From assembly GCA_036405895.1 (NCBI GenBank), contig DASWWS010000002.1, forward strand, positions 124,029-188,028: a DNA stretch of 64,000 nt, given 5' to 3'. Of this stretch, positions 33,169 to 42,773 are shown in pieces. Origin of the DNA: Minisyncoccota bacterium. GTDB taxonomy: Bacteria; Patescibacteriota; Minisyncoccia; Phycocordibacterales; UBA9973. The translations under genes were made by a program, and so were the position numbers. A model generated the notes under the pieces. It was not told the origin of the DNA and did not search any database. It saw only the letters and a program-made list of their open reading frames with translations. The stretch's first letter is position 1, and each line of letters starts with the position of its first letter.

Positions 33169-35310
33169 CTATTTTCGAGATTCGATAATCGTTGCCGCAA
33201 CGTTTTGCGGAACAATGTCGTAGCGGAGGAATTCCATCGTAAACGATGCGCGTCCTTCGGTCATAGAACGAAGCGTTGTCATGTATCCGAACATTTCTGA
33301 AAGAGGAACAATGGCGTTGACCACCTGGTTCATACCGCGAGATTCCATGCCCTCAATGATTCCACGGCGAGATGACATAGAACCCGTAACGTCGCCGAAG
33401 AATTTCTCAGGGGTCACCACTTCCACCTTCATCATCGGTTCGAGGATCACCGGCTTTGCAGCATTTGCTGCGTCTGTGATTGCCATTGAAGCGGCAATTT
33501 TAAACGCCATTTCGTTTGAGTCGACTTCGTGGTAGCTACCGTCATAGAGTTCAACGGAAACATTTTCCATTTTAAAGCCTGCAAGAATACCGCGGTCCAA
33601 GCCTTCCTTGAATCCTTTTTCGATCGGCGGAATGTATTCACCCGGAATCGCACCACCTTTGATAGTGTTGACGATTTCAAGCGTACCGATGCGCTTCACA
33701 TTTTTTGGAAGGTCTTTCGGATCAGCTGACTGATCAAGCGGCTTGATGCGGATTTTTACGTGACCGTAGTTACCCTTACCACCAGACTGTTTGATGTACT
33801 TCCCTTCAGCCTGCGCTTCAGCGGTGATTGTTTCGCGATATGCAACCTGTGGCTTCCCTACATTTGCTTCCACGTTGAACTCGCGCTTCATGCGGTCAAC
33901 AATGATTTCCAAATGAAGTTCACCCATGCCGGCAATAATTGTTTCTTCTGTTTCAGGATCGGTCGACACTTTGAATGTCGGGTCTTCCTGGGCAAGGCGG
34001 TTGAGTGCAAGACCCATTTTTTCTTGGTCTGCCTTTGTCTTTGGTTCAATGCGAAGGTTAATCACGGGTTCCGGGAAGGTAATACGGTCAAGGAGAATTG
34101 GTGTCTTTTCGTCACAGAGTGTGTCAGAAGTGTTTGTCTCTTTAAGACCAACAGCTGCAGCGATTTCACCTGCAAACACTTTTTTCACTTCTTCACGCTG
34201 GTCAGCCTGCATACGAACAATACGGCTCATGCGCTCTTTGTTTCCAGTGCGCGGGTTGTATACATATGACCCTGCTTCAAGTGTACCTGAGTACACACGG
34301 AAGAAGACGAGCTGTCCGACGAACGGGTCAGCCATGGACTTAAACGCAAGCGCTGCAAAAGGAGCCTTGTCGTCGGCTGGGCAAAGCACTTCTTCGTCAG
34401 TGTCAGGGTTCGTTGCACTAACAGGCTTAATATCAGTCGGAGCCGGAAGATAATCGACAACAGCATCAAGCACGAGCTGAACGCCTTTGTTCTTCAAAGC
34501 AGACCCTGCGTATACAGGGAAGATATCGTTGGCAATAACTGCCTTTCGAAGCATTTTCTTAAGGTCAGCGTATGCAGGCTCGTTTCCTTCAAGATATGCA
34601 TTCATCATTGCTTCGTCGTTTTCAACAATGCGTTCAACGAATTCTGCATGGTACTTCTTGGCATCCTCCATCATGTTTTCAGGGATATCCTTTTCGATCA
34701 CTTTATTTCCCATTTCGCCCTCAAAGTAAAATGCTTTCATTTTCAAAAGGTCTACTACCCCTTCGTGGTTTTCCTCAAGTCCTATCGGAAGCTGTGCGCG
34801 AACCGCTTTCTTTGAAAGACGGTCAAGGATGGTTTTGTATGAGTGTTCAAATGATGCACCGGTACGGTCAAGCTTGTTCACAAAACAAATACGAGGAACA
34901 TTGGCCTCATCGGCATAGCGCCAGTTGGTTTCGGACTGCGGTTCAACACCTGCAACACCGTCAAACACCACAACAGCGCCGTCGAGTACGCGAAGTGAGC
35001 GCTTCACTTCAACAGTAAAGTCGATGTGTCCCGGAGTGTCGATAACGTTGAATCGGAAACGACTGTCCTTTGATCCATTTGCGTACGTTGGAATCCAGGT
35101 ACAAGAAACTGCAGCAGCAGTAATAGTGATACCTCGCTCGCGCTCCTGTTCCATCCAGTCGGTAGTTGTTTCGCCGTCGTGCACTTCCCCGATCTTGTGG
35201 CTCTGTCCTGTGTAGTAGAGCACGCGTTCTGAAGTAGTGGTCTTACCCGCATCAATGTGCGCGATAATACCGAAGTTTCTTGTTTTTTCGAGTGAATATT
35301 CCCGTTCCAT
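33169..35310 (-). CDS. fusA: elongation factor G
   Basis: AHIDAGKTT, DTPGH, NKLD, 713 aa. Confidence 0.98.
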   Translation of the reverse strand: MEREYSLEKTRNFGIIAHIDAGKTTTSERVLYYTGQSHKIGEVHDGETTTDWMEQERERGITITAAAVSCTWIPTYANGSKDSRFRFNVIDTPGHIDFTVEVKRSLRVLDGAVVVFDGVAGVEPQSETNWRYADEANVPRICFVNKLDRTGASFEHSYKTILDRLSKKAVRAQLPIGLEENHEGVVDLLKMKAFYFEGEMGNKVIEKDIPENMMEDAKKYHAEFVERIVENDEAMMNAYLEGNEPAYADLKKMLRKAVIANDIFPVYAGSALKNKGVQLVLDAVVDYLPAPTDIKPVSATNPDTDEEVLCPADDKAPFAALAFKSMADPFVGQLVFFRVYSGTLEAGSYVYNPRTGNKERMSRIVRMQADQREEVKKVFAGEIAAAVGLKETNTSDTLCDEKTPILLDRITFPEPVINLRIEPKTKADQEKMGLALNRLAQEDPTFKVSTDPETEETIIAGMGELHLEIIVDRMKREFNVEANVGKPQVAYRETITAEAQAEGKYIKQSGGKGNYGHVKIRIKPLDQSADPKDLPKNVKRIGTLEIVNTIKGGAIPGEYIPPIEKGFKEGLDRGILAGFKMENVSVELYDGSYHEVDSNEMAFKIAASMAITDAANAAKPVILEPMMKVEVVTPEKFFGDVTGSMSSRRGIIEGMESRGMNQVVNAIVPLSEMFGYMTTLRSMTEGRASFTMEFLRYDIVPQNVAATIIESRK

Positions 35311-35420
35311 ATATATTGTGTGTATTTGTTGTGTTAATGCTTGTTATCGTCCGTTAAATAGAGTGTGCATACTATACCGAGAGATGGCTTTTTTCGCAAT
35401 AGCAAAGACTGCATTTGCCG

Positions 35421-35513
35421 AAAATAAAAATCCGCCGGAGTATGAAGCCGGCGGACCTGTTAACCTTTATTAAAACAATGAAAAAGCTTCAAATTCGGCG
35501 TAAGAGCCCTTTC
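35421..35513 (-). ncRNA. candidate ~90 nt small RNA (orphan promoter-terminator pair) in the rpsG-fusA spacer
   Basis: TGGTATAGT extended -10 (35521-29, rc), an internal hairpin, and terminator GGTCCGCCGG-CTTCATACT-CCGGCGGATTTTTATTTT (35421-35457). Only an 8-codon ORF lies inside. Confidence 0.3.
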
Positions 35514-35696
35514 ATATCGGACTATACCACTCTCAAAACAAAAAGCAACCATGGGTGGCTGCTTTTTGTTTTTGTGTAAAAAAAGTGATTACCAAGCGAA
35601 GTGAGGGACTACGACTCTACAGCGGCGTTGCCGCTAAGACCTGCATGCTCCACTTTGCAACTGGAAAAACAAAATCCTCTTGCGGGGACTTGGTTT

Positions 35697-36167
35697 TTAC
35701 CAGGCAAAGTGGGCAAATGCCTTGTTGGATTCTGCCATTTTGTGGGTATCCTTGCGCTTTTTAACCGCATTTCCTTCACCTTTTGCAGCAAGCATCAACT
35801 CATCAGCAAGAGCAATAGATGTTTTCACACCCTTGCGAGCGCGCGCTGAGTCAATAATCCATCGCATTGCGAGTGCATTACGGCGTTCTGTACGAACTTC
35901 GCGAGGAACCTGGTAGTTAGCACCTCCGATGCGACGTGAGCGAACTTCCACCAATGGTCCAGCATTCTTCATTGCTGTTTCAAAAGTTTCGAGAGGGTCC
36001 TCTACCGCTTCCTTTTCCTTGATGATATCCATCGCGCCATACACCACAGTGCGAGCAGTGTTTTTCTTGCCGTCCTGCATGATGCAGTTAATAAACTTCT
36101 CGAGTCTCTCTGAAGAGTACTTGATGTCAGGCTTAACGATATTTCGATTTGTTACTTTTCTTCGCAT
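35697..36167 (-). CDS. rpsG: 30S ribosomal protein S7
   Basis: MRRKVTNRNIVKPD...RRIGGANYQVP. Confidence 0.96.
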   Translation of the reverse strand: MRRKVTNRNIVKPDIKYSSERLEKFINCIMQDGKKNTARTVVYGAMDIIKEKEAVEDPLETFETAMKNAGPLVEVRSRRIGGANYQVPREVRTERRNALAMRWIIDSARARKGVKTSIALADELMLAAKGEGNAVKKRKDTHKMAESNKAFAHFAW

Positions 36168-36173
36168 AATAGT

Positions 36174-36596
36174 TTATTTCTTTGCTGCCTTAGGAAGCTT
36201 GGTACCGTAGAGTGAGCGGCTCTTTCGGCGCTTTTCAATACCCTGAGTATCAAGAACACCGCGTACTACGTGGTAGCGTACACCGATCAAGTCCTTTACG
36301 CGGCCTCCGCGGATCATTACCACTGAGTGTTCCTGAAGGTTGTGCCCTTCACCTGGGATGTAGCCGGTTACTTCCTGACCGTTGGTAAGGCGAATACGAG
36401 CAATTTTTCGAATCGCAGAGTTAGGCTTCTTTGGAGTAGTGGTAGTTACCTTTGTACACACGCCACGCTTAAACGGAGACGGATAGAATACCGGCTTGTT
36501 GTGGATGTGGTTCATGCCGCGCGACAAAGCAATCGCTTTTGGTTTGCGACGGACATTTACGCGGGGTCGTTTGATAAGTTGACTGATTCGAGCCAT
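36174..36596 (-). CDS. rpsL: 30S ribosomal protein S12
   Basis: [20 protein letters not shown]. Confidence 0.97.
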   Translation of the reverse strand: MARISQLIKRPRVNVRRKPKAIALSRGMNHIHNKPVFYPSPFKRGVCTKVTTTTPKKPNSAIRKIARIRLTNGQEVTGYIPGEGHNLQEHSVVMIRGGRVKDLIGVRYHVVRGVLDTQGIEKRRKSRSLYGTKLPKAAKK

Positions 36597-36635
36597 GTCC
36601 GAGCATGGTACTACAGGTAGGAAAAAGAATCAAGC

Positions 36636-38564
36636 CTATACGCCAAATCGCTTTCGAAAGAGCCCGGCGCGGGTCGAAAACGGCGCTGTTACCGTACTGG
36701 TTCCCTGCCCTACTACCGCTCCTGGGTCGGAGACAACTGCATAAAAAGTGCCATCCGGCAGGTTAAGATACGCCCGCCCATATACTGAGGAGAGTGCCTT
36801 TACTACCGGAGTATTAGTCTCCTTTTCAAAGACCGTGATAAGCTTCCCGTCAATCGGAAGCTCGGCGGCTTTTGAAAGGAACACGCTCGCATAAGACCCG
36901 AATACTCCCACCGCTCGAAAGAGAGCAACAAGAACATATCCGGCACACAGCAAGAGTGAAACAAGGCTTGGGAAGAAAATGACATGCAATACTGACGCCA
37001 ATAAGCCGATGCCGAAAATGAGAAAGGCTCCATTGGTAAGCGCCACCTCATGATAGAGCAAGAACTCTTTAAATGAAGTAATAACAGGAGCAATGGGCGC
37101 ACCGCCCTGCACTGGAACATCAAATGGCTGTACTGGCTGGTTACCTCGAATAAGGATTGGTTGGTCGCTATATATAGTGTTGTACAAAAGTGGCGCTGCT
37201 GTAGCAAAGCCTAAGGGCGCATTCTGTGCGTCAATGCGAAGCGTGTATGCGCCGTCCGGAACTGCTGCGCTAAACGACCCGTCGCTTTGCGTAATAGCCA
37301 CAACCGCAACCGCACCGTAAGAATTCGTAAGAGTTACGTGCGCAAGCGCGACCGGGCGATGTGTTGCACTGTCATAGACTATCCCCCACGGCTTGACCGC
37401 AGGAGTAATGCCAAGCACCACCAGCAGGTTCTGCCATAAAAGATACGGGAAAAGAAGAAGCTCTTCAGCACCTGCAACTGGTACAACAATAAACAATGCA
37501 AGCGCGAGGGCGATAACAATGATCAGTCCAGCGATAGCAAGAGTACGGAGAAGAGTTTGAACAAAGGGGTCAGCCATCAATTCCGCCAGTGCGCGGTTCA
37601 TTGCATCAAACAGTGTCTGTATCCATGCAATCACCATGCGCAAAAATTCGATGACACGATCACGCGCTTCGGGGAGCTCTATGGTAACAACATTCGTAAT
37701 CGTATCAATGACCGGTGTAATGATAGGGATGCCGGGGTCAGCAGGAGCTGGCTCCTCTATTTCACCGCCGCCTGGGGTAACAGCCCCCGGAGTACCGGGG
37801 GTACCGGGGTTTTGAGAGGGCGGGGTGACAGGAGTGCCCGGTTCTGTTGGCTCTGTAGGATCTATTGGGTAGACAGGGTCAGGATATTCACTGTTTCCTC
37901 CGTCAATACACTCGGGGTCCTCATCATCAACAAATCCATCATTGTCATCGTCAGCGCTGTTGCTGCACTGCGTTACGGTTCCCTCTGGCTGGTCTGGACG
38001 GTAGCGCACAGGACGGTAGTCAGTACGCAAACAGTCGGCTCGAACGGTACAGTTAAATTCGATCCAACCGTAATTCTCGCTCCATGCATACCCAATATCG
38101 CCTCCCACGCCCCTAAAGTATCCCGCTCCATCAATCTGCACTTGCGGTGCATCATTGTTTTCAAACGGACCAAAATTAATCCAGCCGGTATTTTCTCCCC
38201 ATGCAAAACCGTACAGTGTACCGTTTCGGTCAATATCCACTTCAAAGCGCCCGTTCTCATCATTACATCCGCTCGAAGTACTGTCACAGCTCATCACGAT
38301 ATAGCCTGCAATCACCCCCCATGCAAAACCGTACAAGCCGTCATCGGTGATATGGATGTTGTAGTCTTCGGCTGTCGAGAATTTTCCGAAGTTAATTCGG
38401 TCGTCAGTATTGCCGTTGCCCACGTCCGGTGGATTCAAAAAATGAACGAGATAGTTTCCGTCTTCATACGGATCAATCGTACCGTCGTCTACGGCTGCAT
38501 GTGCGCTTGCGCTAAAAAATAATCCGAGAAGGATTAGAAGGAGAGATGCAAGGCGCAATTTCAT
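36636..38564 (-). CDS. large multi-domain surface/membrane protein (WxxxGW repeats, Asp-rich Ca-binding-like module, Pro-rich linker, TM bundles, two CarboxypepD_reg-like domains)
   Basis: Signal MKLRLASLLLILLGLFFSASAHA (start at 38564, TATAAT-N6-ATG). Repeats YGFAWG..GWINF. CSNSADDDNDGFVDDEDPEC. VTLTN...SDGSFSAAVPDGAYTLRI. Confidence 0.75.
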   Translation of the reverse strand: MKLRLASLLLILLGLFFSASAHAAVDDGTIDPYEDGNYLVHFLNPPDVGNGNTDDRINFGKFSTAEDYNIHITDDGLYGFAWGVIAGYIVMSCDSTSSGCNDENGRFEVDIDRNGTLYGFAWGENTGWINFGPFENNDAPQVQIDGAGYFRGVGGDIGYAWSENYGWIEFNCTVRADCLRTDYRPVRYRPDQPEGTVTQCSNSADDDNDGFVDDEDPECIDGGNSEYPDPVYPIDPTEPTEPGTPVTPPSQNPGTPGTPGAVTPGGGEIEEPAPADPGIPIITPVIDTITNVVTIELPEARDRVIEFLRMVIAWIQTLFDAMNRALAELMADPFVQTLLRTLAIAGLIIVIALALALFIVVPVAGAEELLLFPYLLWQNLLVVLGITPAVKPWGIVYDSATHRPVALAHVTLTNSYGAVAVVAITQSDGSFSAAVPDGAYTLRIDAQNAPLGFATAAPLLYNTIYSDQPILIRGNQPVQPFDVPVQGGAPIAPVITSFKEFLLYHEVALTNGAFLIFGIGLLASVLHVIFFPSLVSLLLCAGYVLVALFRAVGVFGSYASVFLSKAAELPIDGKLITVFEKETNTPVVKALSSVYGRAYLNLPDGTFYAVVSDPGAVVGQGTSTVTAPFSTRAGLFRKRFGV

Positions 38565-38571
38565 AGAAGCA

Positions 38572-39195
38572 TTATAACGCAATGCCGGTAAGGAGTGAAT
38601 ACAACTTATACGCAAACGGTATTATTACGGTAAATTTGTATTCCAAAACAATAAGAAGAACAAGTGCGGGGAGACTGTATTGTTCGAGTACTCGCATTGT
38701 TGGGAGTGCGCGCCACGGCAACACCGATGAAAGAAATCGAAAGCCGTCCAGAGGTGCAAGTGGAATGCTATTGAAAATAGCAAGAACAATATTGATAATA
38801 ACAATGATGCTAAGAATTTCAATAACGGGAATAGAAACGTTGTGCGTTGCCATAAGTACACGAATCACTAAGCCGCACACGATTGCAACAGCAAAGTTTA
38901 CAGCGATGCCTGCAATAGCAACCCTTGCCTCGCTTTTTCTTCCATTCCGAAGATTCTCCGCTACATAGGGTACTGGCTTTGCCCAACCAACTACAAACCC
39001 GGTTGGTATTAAAAGAAGGGGTACCAATACAGATCCTACCCAATCAAGATGCTTTAACGGATTAAGGGTGATACGCCCCAGCATACGCGCCGTCGGGTCC
39101 CCTTCCCGCTCAGCAGCAAGCCCGTGCGCCACTTCATGCACAATGATGCTGGCGATTAAAATGAGGAAGTGAAAGACGGAAATTTGCCATGTCAT
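38572..39195 (-). CDS. M50 family (site-2 protease-like) membrane metalloprotease
   Basis: HEVAHGLAAE zinc motif and FNSIPLAPLDG. Start at ATG 39195 (TGTATACT-N6-ATG). Confidence 0.85.
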   Translation of the reverse strand: MTWQISVFHFLILIASIIVHEVAHGLAAEREGDPTARMLGRITLNPLKHLDWVGSVLVPLLLIPTGFVVGWAKPVPYVAENLRNGRKSEARVAIAGIAVNFAVAIVCGLVIRVLMATHNVSIPVIEILSIIVIINIVLAIFNSIPLAPLDGFRFLSSVLPWRALPTMRVLEQYSLPALVLLIVLEYKFTVIIPFAYKLYSLLTGIAL

Positions 39196-39259
39196 GGCAC
39201 CAGTATACATCAAAAAAGGAGTTGCATATCCCTATGCCCTATGGTACTATCTGTCCACT

Positions 39260-39505
39260 ATGGCAAAAGAATGCATGATTACAGGAAAGAGCTCTCAGAT
39301 GGGCGGAAAATACGCAAACCGCACCCGTGCGACTATCTTTACTCCGACGGGCAACCACCGCAAGTATGCAAACCTTCAAAAGAAGCGCGTATACGTGCCA
39401 GAAATCGATAAGACCCTTACTCTTACCGTTTCTACCAAAGGCCTTCGCACTATCCAAAAGAACGGTGCCTACAACGCTCTCCGAACAGCAGGCGTACTCA
39501 AATAA
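39260..39505 (+). CDS. rpmB: 50S ribosomal protein L28
   Basis: MAKECMITGKSSQMGGKYANRTRA... Start at ATG 39260. Confidence 0.9.
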   Translation: MAKECMITGKSSQMGGKYANRTRATIFTPTGNHRKYANLQKKRVYVPEIDKTLTLTVSTKGLRTIQKNGAYNALRTAGVLK

Positions 39506-39601
39506 TTAAAACAAAAGACCCCGCGAATCGGGGTCTTTTGTTTTGAGACTATTTGTCAGTCTGCCTTACTCGTGTTAGAGTGTGGGCAAAACCGAGACCA
39601 C

Positions 39602-39763
39602 ATGAAAAAATTTTTTACTTCCACCGGACTTTTTTTACTCAGTATTCTTCTTCTAGGATTTTTTAAAAAAGAAGAACCGTCCGAACAGCAGCCTGTTTCA
39701 GAGCCTGACAGTACTAAAGAATACACAGGAGAAGCTGCTGGCGAACTCGGTATTGGGGCGTAA
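39602..39763 (+). CDS. small membrane-anchored acidic protein (53 aa)
   Basis: MKKFFTSTGLFLLSILLLGFF anchor. TGTTAGAGT -10 upstream and a terminator downstream. Confidence 0.45.
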   Translation: MKKFFTSTGLFLLSILLLGFFKKEEPSEQQPVSEPDSTKEYTGEAAGELGIGA

Positions 39764-39775
39764 TGCGAATCAATG

Positions 39776-39801
39776 CACTCTTCCACTATGTGGAAGAGTG
39801 C
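39776..39801. terminator. bidirectional intrinsic terminator
   Basis: GCACTCTTCCAC-TA-TGTGGAAGAGTGC followed by TTTTTT. Confidence 0.8.
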
Positions 39802-39806
39802 ATTTT

Positions 39807-40670
39807 TTATTTCATATACCATTTTACCCCGTCGGTCTGAAGCGTTACTGTCCCCTTTTGCTGCGTACTGATGAAGGGGATAGAAAATTGCTCTAACCGA
39901 TTAGTCACTTCTTTTGCCGGGTGTCCGTAGCTATTAGCAACGCCAGCAGAAACAAGGCCGAGCATCGGACTGGTCGCGGTGAGAAATGCTGCACTGGTCG
40001 AAGTTTTTGACCCATGGTGTCCAAGTTTCAAAATGTCCACATCTACTGCCTTCGGATTTTCTGCTGAAAGAAAATGCTCAACAGATGACGGCGAGTCTCC
40101 TGTTAAGAGCATGCTCGTATCCCCCATCTGCAACCTTCCCACAACAGACGAGCTGTTTGTTTCCCAAAATGCCGTAGACCTGTCGGGAAACAGAATACTA
40201 AAATCTGTTTTTAGGAGTGGGTCGCTATCAAGCGCAATATTCATTCCGCGACGCGCATAGTATGCGGGAATAGTTCTCTTCTGCAGTTCTGCAAACAATG
40301 CTCGAAACTGCTCCGTATCAGTCACAGTATTGGGTGTAAGAAACAACCCCACATCATAGCGCGCGAATACAAGCGGAAGCCCTCCAATATGGTCGGCATC
40401 CGGGTGTGTGGCTATCACTACATCAATACTGCGGTCACCTCGCGGCATCACGCGCGCAAGCTCAGTCAATACTTTTGCATCCTTGCCCGCATCAACAAGT
40501 ATTTGCCTTCCGTTTTTTGCCTGTATCAAAAAACTGTCGCCTTGTCCCACGTTGAGCATATAGACCTCTGCCCGGCCGTCCTCTTTTTTCGGAATCATGA
40601 GAATACACCCTAAACCAAGACCGAGTGTGATGAGTATCATCGTTGCCAGTGTTTGAGGTTTACGGTTCAT
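39807..40670 (-). CDS. ComEC-type metallo-beta-lactamase domain protein with N-terminal anchor
   Basis: VGQGDSFLI...ATHPDADHIGG...LKLGHHGS. Start at ATG 40670 (TATACT-N6-ATG). Confidence 0.85.
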   Translation of the reverse strand: MNRKPQTLATMILITLGLGLGCILMIPKKEDGRAEVYMLNVGQGDSFLIQAKNGRQILVDAGKDAKVLTELARVMPRGDRSIDVVIATHPDADHIGGLPLVFARYDVGLFLTPNTVTDTEQFRALFAELQKRTIPAYYARRGMNIALDSDPLLKTDFSILFPDRSTAFWETNSSSVVGRLQMGDTSMLLTGDSPSSVEHFLSAENPKAVDVDILKLGHHGSKTSTSAAFLTATSPMLGLVSAGVANSYGHPAKEVTNRLEQFSIPFISTQQKGTVTLQTDGVKWYMK

Positions 40671-40692
40671 GATAATAGTATATGATGAAAGT

Positions 40693-41274
40693 ATGTATAC
40701 CGAAAAAACATTCACTATTGCTCCGTTTGCAAGTCTGTCCAAGAAATCAATAGAAGAGCACAAAAAGCTGTATGCGGGCTATGTAAAGAACGCAAACCTT
40801 GTTTTGGAAAAACTTGCTTCCTATAAGGATGACGAGTCAAAAGCATATGAGACCGCTGAGCTATATCGCCAATTTTCTTTTGAATTCAACGGCATGCGCA
40901 ATCACGAATGTTACTTTGCACTTCTTGATGGAAAGAGTGAGCTTGATAATGACAGCACACTTCTCGGTGCCATCAGTGCACAATGGGGCGATATGCAAAC
41001 ATTTAAAGACGCATTCCTCACACTTGCGCTTACCCGCGGTATCGGCTGGGCAATGCTCTCATACGACAAAGCGCAGAACAATTTAGTAATGCACTGGGTG
41101 GACGAACAGCACCTTGGACAGCTGCAAGGCACAACTGCAATCATCGCGCTCGATATGTGGGAGCACTCCTATGTTGCCGACTATCAGCCGTCCGGTAAAA
41201 AACAGTATGTAACAGACTTCATTGAGAATATGAACTGGTCTGCGGCAGAAGATTTTTTCGCACGCGCGAAATAA
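40693..41274 (+). CDS. Fe/Mn superoxide dismutase family protein (divergent N-terminal metal motif)
   Basis: FNGMRNHECYF and DMWEHSYV motifs. The canonical HHxKHH region reads EEHKKLY. The 3' end overlaps the convergent comEC-N gene by 56 nt. Confidence 0.8.
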   Translation: MYTEKTFTIAPFASLSKKSIEEHKKLYAGYVKNANLVLEKLASYKDDESKAYETAELYRQFSFEFNGMRNHECYFALLDGKSELDNDSTLLGAISAQWGDMQTFKDAFLTLALTRGIGWAMLSYDKAQNNLVMHWVDEQHLGQLQGTTAIIALDMWEHSYVADYQPSGKKQYVTDFIENMNWSAAEDFFARAK

Positions 41275-42685
41275 ATTCCGAGAGCTCTCCCTTAAAGAGG
41301 GTGAGAAAAAATAAACAGTAGATTCCAACAACACTCCATGCCGAAAGGTCTGGAGTGTTATAGAGAGGAAGCAATGAAAACAATTGGAGTCCCTCTATCA
41401 CTACAGTTCCCACAAATGAAAGCAGTGCGCCTAACGCAGCCGCAACAGGAGCAATAAAAGAGCTTATGAGAACAACGGCTCCTCCTATCATAATCACGGG
41501 GGTAGCAACACCAAGAAAAATATTTGCTGGCACTGACGCAAGCGGAGCTATTCCTGCAAAATACATGAGATATGGCAGCATAAACAACGGCAGTAGCACC
41601 GCAAGCATCACAAGCTCCCGTATATTTACTATTGCGGTTTTTGGAATAAATGAAAACAGCATTTCGGCTTTTGGAATCACAGTGACCATACAAAGCGTTG
41701 CAAGAAATGAGAGATGAAAGCCGGGGTCGTAAAAAACCATTAGGGGCGACCAGAAGAAAAATACTATATAGCTAATAAACAGCGCTCGGAGGGCATTGTA
41801 TTCTTGAAGTCCCATCGTTGCCAAAAGTGCAATAGAACCCATCACTCCTGCACGCACAGCGGCAACCCCGGCCCCGCTGATAAGAACAAGAAAAATGATC
41901 CCAAAAAATGTCAGTACAAGGCGCACTCGAGTAGGAACACTGCGAAACATCACTCCAATAAATCCGCCCAAGAGGGTAATGTTGTAGCCTGAAAGGACTA
42001 ATACATGAAGCACTCCTGTAGTGCGAAAGAGGTCTTCTGTATCTTTTGGTATGCCGCCTTGGTACCCAAGCACCATACCAGAAACAATGCCGTCGACAGG
42101 AAATGAAATATGCCGGACAAATATATCAGAGAGCACATAGCGAGCAGTTGCAGCAACCCGTCGTGCGCTGAGAGCTCCAACGTGAACAAGAGCAATTTCG
42201 CTATCGTACATCACTGCAACAATACCTTTGCTTTCCAAATAATCCTTGTATGCAAAAAGCCTCCCTGTATCAGTAATAAAATCCTGTGGTTGCTCAACAA
42301 TACCGGTGATACTAACAATATCTCCGGGTACTACTGAAAGTGCTTCATATACAGTGACCTGTATTCTTTGGGAATAAGCCTCATCGCGTACTGTAAGGTT
42401 TGTACGGTCAAGCTCTCTGTTAACTGAGAGTACTGTTGCTTCAACTCTTCGCTCTCCAAACAATTCCAGCTGTAGCACCGTTTGCCGACTCCACACCAAA
42501 AGTCCTCCGATGATGCAAAAAATCACTACTGCACTTCCGGCTACCATCCCCTTTTTACTCGATACATACAGCCATGTGCACGCACCGAAAAATATACTAA
42601 TAAGGGCTAATTGTAAAAACGATACTCCAAACACATGGAACAATGCCGCACCGAAAGTAAGAAAAAGTATGGCAATCTCTACCAT
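41219..42685 (-). CDS. comEC: ComEC/Rec2 DNA internalisation channel, N-terminal OB (DUF4131) plus competence TM domain
   Basis: 488 aa polytopic protein with a DUF4131-like N-terminus and a competence-domain TM core. No beta-lactamase domain in this ORF. Confidence 0.8.
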   Translation of the reverse strand: MVEIAILFLTFGAALFHVFGVSFLQLALISIFFGACTWLYVSSKKGMVAGSAVVIFCIIGGLLVWSRQTVLQLELFGERRVEATVLSVNRELDRTNLTVRDEAYSQRIQVTVYEALSVVPGDIVSITGIVEQPQDFITDTGRLFAYKDYLESKGIVAVMYDSEIALVHVGALSARRVAATARYVLSDIFVRHISFPVDGIVSGMVLGYQGGIPKDTEDLFRTTGVLHVLVLSGYNITLLGGFIGVMFRSVPTRVRLVLTFFGIIFLVLISGAGVAAVRAGVMGSIALLATMGLQEYNALRALFISYIVFFFWSPLMVFYDPGFHLSFLATLCMVTVIPKAEMLFSFIPKTAIVNIRELVMLAVLLPLFMLPYLMYFAGIAPLASVPANIFLGVATPVIMIGGAVVLISSFIAPVAAALGALLSFVGTVVIEGLQLFSLLPLYNTPDLSAWSVVGIYCLFFLTLFKGELSEFISRVRKNLLPQTSSYSQ

Positions 42686-42730
42686 ACTTTCACTCTAGCA
42701 AAACCACTATTAAATTTTCTTTAAGAGTAC

Positions 42731-42770
42731 CTAACGAGGACGGTCCTCGTTAGAAGGACCGTTCTTCTGA
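42731..42770. repeat. two abutting GGAC-N-GTCC palindromes
   Basis: CTAACGAGGACGGTCCTCGTTAG (42731-42753), then AGAAGGACCGTTCTTCT (one mismatch). Confidence 0.8.
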
Positions 42771-42773
42771 AAT

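Noticed and set aside
35589-35606. 18-nt near-duplicate of the rpsG 3' end (TTACCAAGCGAAGTGAGG versus TTACCAGGCAAAGTGGGC), which would read …PHFAW-stop
   Set aside because: The frame is closed by a stop 14 codons upstream with no start codon. It is too short to distinguish a decayed duplication from chance, so it is mentioned only within the spacer finding.
37557-38522. 321-aa plus-strand ORF antisense to the large surface-protein gene
   Set aside because: The composition is Cys/Arg/Val-rich with no motifs. The opposite frame has a signal peptide, repeats and domain signatures. It is a shadow ORF.
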